Assembly (NCBI RefSeq): GCF_018350175.1
Contig: NC_058373.1
Coordinates: 117,430,001 to 117,494,000 of the forward strand
Direction: 5' to 3'
Length of the DNA stretch: 64,000 bases
Origin: Felis catus
Lineage: Eukaryota
Under the pieces are notes generated by a model that saw only the letters and a program-made list of their open reading frames with translations, searched no databases and was not told where the DNA came from. Shown here piece by piece: positions 61,673-64,000 of the stretch; the first letter of the stretch is position 1, and the number at the start of each line of letters is the position of its first letter. A program made the translations under genes and the position numbers.

Positions 61673-63814
61673 TTTTCAAGAATCTCAGTGGGACGAGTGG
61701 AGACGGTGGCATATATCCGGAACTGCACTTTAATTTGTAGACATGGCCAAAATCTATTTTCAGTCCGGAATAAATAAAGGTAGAGAAAAGCTCTCCCAAG
61801 CTGACCTTTCAATTTGCCACTGAGCAGCTCCTCTGGAACGTTCCGAGAGAGAACTCACTCTTGCCAGAGGGCTTAGCAAAGCTGAGGAACTTTGTGCTGT
61901 TGGATAAGCGCTTCTCCTCCTCCTCGGAGAGTGGTCCCTGTGGACCAAAGGGAGAGGACTGGCGTCTCCAGCAGCAGGGCTCTCCTGTCTGTTCCTAGTC
62001 CCTGCCCTTACGGCATCCCTCATCTTTTTGTCCCGCTTCCTCCCACCTGAAAATGCTTGCAGAATCCTATCTGATGCCAACCCGCTTCTGTAGTAAGCAA
62101 TAGTTGGGGGATTTTCTCAGAGGGTCGGGAAGCATTTGTACATGAGCGACATCAGCGAGCAAAGGGCCAGAGCAATGTAAATCAGAGAAGCAGCTCAGAT
62201 TCCGGCTGCCCTGCTGGGGCTCTGCCTCTCATGGAGCATCTCGTGTGGCCCTGTTTCCTCCACCTGCTGCCCCTGCCCTAACATGCGTAATGAGAAAAGG
62301 AACTTCATTTTTGTCTCACAGTTGGCCTACTTTAAAACCCTAAACTGTAGAGTGACCCTTCATCTGTGGCATCGTTTTTGAATCCCAGCATGTTCTGGCC
62401 TCTTAGAGCCATTGTCTAGGTGAACAGCAAATACCAGGCCCCATTTGTGATCTCCAACGAACTCGGAGGAAGGCGGCTGGTTTAAGTCCTTGGGGCATCG
62501 TGGATGTAGAGAGAACGGGCCTACCGTTCACGGAGCCAACTGTGGACGTGCGCCAAGTAGTTCCTACTCCACAGAGGTGCTGGGGGATTAAATGCGTTAC
62601 TACGTAAAAATAGTTAAAACTGCGTCTGTCCTACCGTGAGAGCTCCGTTCCATCTGTTTCCTAGTATTCGTGTCAGTAGTCGTGTCGCTGTGTTCTCCCT
62701 GTTTTTCACGTGCTTCCCCAGTGCTTTTTTTCAGAAGCACGTAAAAATACTCAGTTTACCCCCTCTTGGCTATGGGAAACGCTGCTGGGCACTTCAGGCC
62801 CATCTGCTAGACACGTTATTTGTCCTCCTTCACCATGCTGGGAATATCAAATACCAGTTGTGGGGCTGGGAGGCAGGGCTGTGGGGGCCTTGCAGACTCC
62901 CCGTGTTTCCCTTGGGAGGTGCAAGGCTGCAGATCCCCTGTATCCCAGATGCCCAGATCTTTGTTCTATCAACTGTGTGGCCAAGTACCCAGGCCCCTTC
63001 AGGGGTGCCTGGCCCTTCAGCTTCCTTTCCTTCCCTCCTTTGTCACCATTCTATCCCAAAGACTGCTTTTCCTGGGGAGGCCCTGAAAGCTTAAGTGGGC
63101 TTTCTAGACCCAGAGGCGCAGGACCGACTCCTGCTGTGTTTGGTCATTTCCTCCCAAGACAGGGCGATCTCCCTGGCTGCTTCCTGGGGCAAAAGGCAGG
63201 GCACACACTGAGTGGCAGAAGTGTGGTGGGGGAAAATCACCTAAGTTAATTTATTGAAATATTACCCGACAACGCCAGAGGAACTTTAGAAAGGCTTCGC
63301 CAGCTTCCAAGAGTAAGAGGGTGTCACCCGTGTCTCACCACCAGATCCCCAAGGCCCAACGCGTGGTCTAGGAAATATTTGGAAACTAACTGTCACGCGC
63401 AAGAACGTCCTCAGTGGTATAATTGTTTACTTCCCCGGACCCACCAAAAATTATGGCCGGTTAGTTTGTTTTTTTAGTCATTTAGACACAAGCTGTTTTT
63501 GAAGACTCAGAGAAAAAATATATATATATCCCACAATACAACTGTTAGGATAGCTTATATTCAAGTTGGCATACTTTGTGTAAATTAACGTCAAAGTGTA
63601 TCCCATGGGAATCAACATCTTGGCATCACGTTAATCAAATGAGTCTATCGAATTAAGTTCAATAGATGTTTCTGATCCCATTGCACATCCTCAAATTAAC
63701 AATAAAAGTCATAGAATTTAAAGTTAAGGTCCAAGGAGAGCACATGCTGAGTAAACAGTCTTGTGTAGTTAAAGACTCAACAACAGATGGTAGGAACAGC
63801 AAAGTGTAGGAAAA

Positions 63815-63816
<2 letters not shown>

Positions 63817-63848
<32 letters not shown>
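63817..63848 (+). repeat. Poly-A run
   Basis: About 30 consecutive A. Confidence 0.95.
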
Positions 63849-63852
<4 letters not shown>

Positions 63853-64000
63853 CAAAAAAACAAATGGGTCCTTAAAATAGATGAATGCCAAATAAAACAG
63901 AAGAGTGTGAGGAGCCATAGTTTTAGTTGAAAGTGAAGGCTTTCACATCAGCTCTGGTGGGGCCTGGAAAATTCCTAAGTATGGACTTGATGAGAAGGTT

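Noticed and set aside
62636..63249. Overlapping 152-aa and 179-aa ORFs
   Set aside because: No homology recognised and no clear exon boundaries.

Overview
Mammalian DNA, almost certainly felid: it carries about 28 tRNA-derived Can-SINEs of the cat SINEC_Fc type and carnivore L1 3' ends. The window looks intergenic or intronic, and I found no host protein-coding exon or RNA gene. It is dominated by ancient L1M and L2 fragments, MIR, MLT1/ERVL LTRs, MER DNA transposons, young SINEs with target-site duplications (TSDs) and microsatellites, plus a repeat-poor, CpG-retaining segment at about 12-21 kb. The main discovery is a heavily decayed, + strand, non-retroviral endogenous viral element at about 39,910-42,600. 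Manual translation across stops and frameshifts gives collinear motif matches to bornavirus glycoprotein (G), then matrix (M), then the N-terminal ~400 aa of the L polymerase. G-M-L is the gene order of carboviruses/culterviruses, not orthobornaviruses (M-G-L). The element sits inside an old L2 and is itself interrupted by an ERVL-type LTR fragment and a SINE. All protein comparisons were made by eye against BoDV-1 sequences recalled from memory and need tblastn/HMM confirmation. Repeat subfamily names and boundaries are approximate.
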